Below, piece after piece: positions 61,429 to 64,000 of a stretch of DNA of 64,000 nucleotides (position 1 is the first letter of the stretch; each line of letters opens with the position of its first letter). A program made the translations under genes and the position numbers. Below the pieces are notes generated by a model. The model was not told where the DNA came from and did no database searches. It saw only the letters and a program-made list of their open reading frames with translations. Source of the stretch: Limnochordia bacterium (GTDB lineage: Bacteria; Bacillota; Limnochordia; DTU080); the NCBI GenBank assembly GCA_050951545.1, contig JBMNJG010000006.1, positions 1 through 64,000 on the forward strand, given 5' to 3'.

Positions 61429-61710
61429 TCACTGCCGCTGCCCGCAGTGTCGACAGAACCGATCAGACTTGGCCGCGCCTCTACCACAGCTTGAACAGAC
61501 CACTGCAGGCTTCCTCTTGTCTACAGAGCCGAGAACCTCAGTCTTCCGAAAACCCATCCCCGGGATGGAAGTAGTCCGTCGCACCTTGCCGTCGGAACCC
61601 AGTGATATCCGCATGCCACGAACACCGACAGAGAACCCGACTCCGGAACGCGACACATTGATGCGGCCGAACTTCCCGAAAGGAATCGATTTGCGAAATC
61701 GCCACGCCAC
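61429..61710 (-). CDS. DUF4236-domain protein with C-terminal zinc ribbon
   Basis: WRFRKSI....RINVSRSGVGFSVGVRG.R...SIPGMG; CSSCG...FCRHCG. Confidence 0.8.
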   Translation of the reverse strand: MAWRFRKSIPFGKFGRINVSRSGVGFSVGVRGMRISLGSDGKVRRTTSIPGMGFRKTEVLGSVDKRKPAVVCSSCGRGAAKSDRFCRHCGQRQ

Positions 61711-61760
61711 GTCGCTGCTCACCCCCGCCAAGCATATACGCCGGTGCATCGCCCGTCGCT

Positions 61761-62684
61761 TTACGTAGTGGCGCTCTTCAGCTTGCCAAAGAAGTCCCGG
61801 AAGATAGGATCACGCTGCACATGATACACATAGCGCATCCAGTGCCTGGTGTGATCGACACTCCACGTCAGCTGATCGGTCAGACGTGGGCTATGCACGA
61901 GTGCACTCGGCAACCACTCGCTGTTGACGACATACGCCACGGCAGCTACATCCCATAGCACCTTCGACCAGCCAAAATGGTTGGTCGTATAGCCTTTGAA
62001 GATCTGTGCCAAGTAGTCACCGACCACACCTTGGCCCTGTACGTGCAGTTCGACCTCCGGCACCGTCGTAGCCAGATGCGTAGTCACACCCATACACGGC
62101 ACATGCACAAAAGGAACACCGCAATCAAGGATGGTCCGGGCGGCTGGCACATCCTGCTGCAAGTTGAATTCCTTCGTATGGGGCCAGTGTAGAGCATGTC
62201 CACCGAGCCAGACTACCACGATGCGCTCAATGATCTTCGGTTCTAGCAGAATAGCCGAGGCCACATTGGTGATCGCCCCCACTGCCACCACATATAACGG
62301 ATCTTCCGCGGTTCCAGCCATCGCTCGCTTTACGAGATCCAGCACAGCAGGGCTGCGCTCCGGCACACCGTCAGCGCTCAGGTAGGCAGAGCTGCCCCGA
62401 TAGGCAAACCCCTGCGGCGAGCGGCCCAAGAGCTCGAGTAGGCGAACGATTTCTTCGTAGCTCTTTTCCATGCCGTCTGCAGGCCCTGACGAACGCGGGT
62501 TGTAGAAGGGAGCCGCGTAAATGGCTTGTACATCCAGTTTGTCAGGTGACAGGAGAGCATAGACCACCGCAAACTGATCATCGATTTCGTTATACGTATC
62601 GGTATCAAGCACCATCCGCGCCCTTTTGGTGGGCGGTCTCAGCAGCGCCAAGCGATGTTCCTCTGATACTGACAGTGAGTTCAC
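61761..62684 (-). CDS. Inosine/uridine-preferring nucleoside hydrolase-family protein
   Basis: VLDTDTYNEIDDQFA, VGAITNVASA, EFNLQQD, LWDVAAV. Confidence 0.88.
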   Translation of the reverse strand: MNSLSVSEEHRLALLRPPTKRARMVLDTDTYNEIDDQFAVVYALLSPDKLDVQAIYAAPFYNPRSSGPADGMEKSYEEIVRLLELLGRSPQGFAYRGSSAYLSADGVPERSPAVLDLVKRAMAGTAEDPLYVVAVGAITNVASAILLEPKIIERIVVVWLGGHALHWPHTKEFNLQQDVPAARTILDCGVPFVHVPCMGVTTHLATTVPEVELHVQGQGVVGDYLAQIFKGYTTNHFGWSKVLWDVAAVAYVVNSEWLPSALVHSPRLTDQLTWSVDHTRHWMRYVYHVQRDPIFRDFFGKLKSATT

Positions 62685-62829
62685 TGCAACTCTCCCCTTC
62701 TCTGACCGTCAACACAGCCTCATCAGTTCTCCTCTTTTCGTTCGCTGCACCAAGTCCTATTCCTTTGCCTATCAATGCACACATGACGCTCTAGAAGGAC
62801 TATACATGCGGGCAGGGAATGTCTCGCTA

Positions 62830-63092
62830 CCACGAACCCTGGCAGCCGCGCATCCTACGTCTGCCGTCTGGTCGTCTGATTGGCACCATGGACCAAGGTG
62901 GGCCAAGAGTCGTGCATCTTCCAGGCCCCAAGGCTACACGAGGTGAAGGGCTCACTGCTGGCAAGGCAAGGTCTTCACTTCTGATGATGGCGGTCAGACA
63001 TGGACACATCGTGCGAGCTTCCCCTTCTTTCACGCACGGCCTTTCCAGGCCGGGGAAGCCTGCTATGTTTTGAGGCATGCCGGGGATCTGAT
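62830..63092 (+). pseudogene. Remnant of an Asp-box (BNR) sialidase-like gene
   Basis: RILRLPSGRLIGTMDQGGP, then in a shifted frame QGKVFTSDDGGQTWTHRASFPFFHARPF (SxDxGxTW Asp box). Confidence 0.6.
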
Positions 63093-63137
63093 GACCAGTC
63101 CGCTGCTAAGTGGAGGAATTTACATAGGAGGCGAACT

Positions 63138-64000
63138 ATGACGGACCTTAGCAGGTATACACTATGGTACGACCGTCCCGCCCGAGAGTGGACGCAAGCC
63201 CTCCCGATCGGCAATGGGCGACTGGGGGCCATGGTCTATGGCACCGTCCCCGCCGAAGAGCTGCAGCTCAATGAAGAGACCGTCTGGGCTGGCCTCTATC
63301 GGGACCGAGCCAACCCTAAGGCTCTTGAGGCCCTGAATCGCGTAAGGTCACTACTATTTGCTGGCCACAATGAAGAAGCCGCCCGTCTGGCTCAAGAGAC
63401 CATGCTCGGCGTGCCCCCGCGCGTAGAGTCCTACCAGCCGCTGGCCGTACTGCATCTGGAGTACGCGCCAGAACGCAATACGACCTTTTCGGACTACCGC
63501 CGTGAGCTCGACCTCCGCACCGGGATCACCCAGGTCATCTACAAGCAGCACGGTATCACCTTTTCGCGACAGGTCATAGCCTCAGCGGTGGACGGTATCA
63601 TCGCTGTCCGTCTCACTACCGATCGGCCTCGCGGACTCACCCTTCGTGTCCGTTTGGAGAGGGCTCAAGATGTGACGACCAACCGCGCCGACGGCCAGCG
63701 CCTGGTGCTGAACGGCCGTTTGAGTACAGACGGCCTTTGTTTCCAGGCTGAGGCTCTGCTGCAACTGGAGGGTGGCCGTTGCCAACCCCGCGGCAATGCC
63801 CTCTGGGTGGATAGTGCGGATGCCGTAACCCTTTACGTTACCGGAGCAACAAGCTATGTCGGCCCAACCGACTATTCCGCCGACCCGGCGGTCAGATGCA
63901 GCAAGACACTGACTCGCGTTGCCAAGAAACCCTTCGCTCAGGTCTTGGCCGACCATGTGGCCGACCACAGCCGTCTGTTTGGCCGTGTCGATTTGGATCT
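63138..64000 (+). CDS. Glycoside hydrolase family 95 (alpha-L-fucosidase), runs off right edge
   Basis: RBS AGGAGG; MTDLSRYTLWYDRPAREWTQALPIGNGRLGAMVYG...LQLNEETVWAG...SYQPL...YRRELDL. Confidence 0.9.
   Translation, partial: MTDLSRYTLWYDRPAREWTQALPIGNGRLGAMVYGTVPAEELQLNEETVWAGLYRDRANPKALEALNRVRSLLFAGHNEEAARLAQETMLGVPPRVESYQPLAVLHLEYAPERNTTFSDYRRELDLRTGITQVIYKQHGITFSRQVIASAVDGIIAVRLTTDRPRGLTLRVRLERAQDVTTNRADGQRLVLNGRLSTDGLCFQAEALLQLEGGRCQPRGNALWVDSADAVTLYVTGATSYVGPTDYSADPAVRCSKTLTRVAKKPFAQVLADHVADHSRLFGRVDLD

Noticed and set aside
1-64000. tRNA, rRNA, riboswitch or prophage
   Set aside because: No cloverleaf, rRNA-like, recognisable riboswitch or phage structural signature seen by eye; a covariance-model search was not possible.

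Overview
GC-rich bacterial chromosomal region. Strong GGAGG/GGGGGTG ribosome-binding sites, the gene content and a Gram-positive-type LexA-box candidate suggest a Bacillota lineage; this is inference, not a database result. The window is a carbohydrate-scavenging neighbourhood. It holds about 16 family-1 extracellular solute-binding protein (SBP) genes (11 intact, 1 with a probably frameshifted C-terminus, 4 broken) plus at least four small SBP remnants, but no cognate ABC importer permease or MalK-type ATPase. Between them lie large glycoside-hydrolase/lyase-like proteins, a MurNAc-recycling cluster (murR-like, frameshifted murQ, namZ-like, DUF6259-like hydrolase), two UROD/MtaA-family proteins, a nitrilase-family protein, sulfatase, radical SAM protein, nucleoside hydrolase, a GH95 fucosidase running off the right edge, a full-length IS1634-family element and an IS3 remnant. 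The most unusual feature is a polarised tandem array of about 4.4 copies of a ~407-bp unit (26712-28498). It lies directly upstream of a gene encoding two tandem winged-HTH domains fused to a Vsr/DUF559-like endonuclease domain, with a candidate LexA box before that gene and a lone degenerate copy of the repeat core at 31359-31404. The region also shows local duplication followed by deletion, and several single-base frameshifts that may be sequencing errors. No rRNA, tRNA or CRISPR array was recognised.
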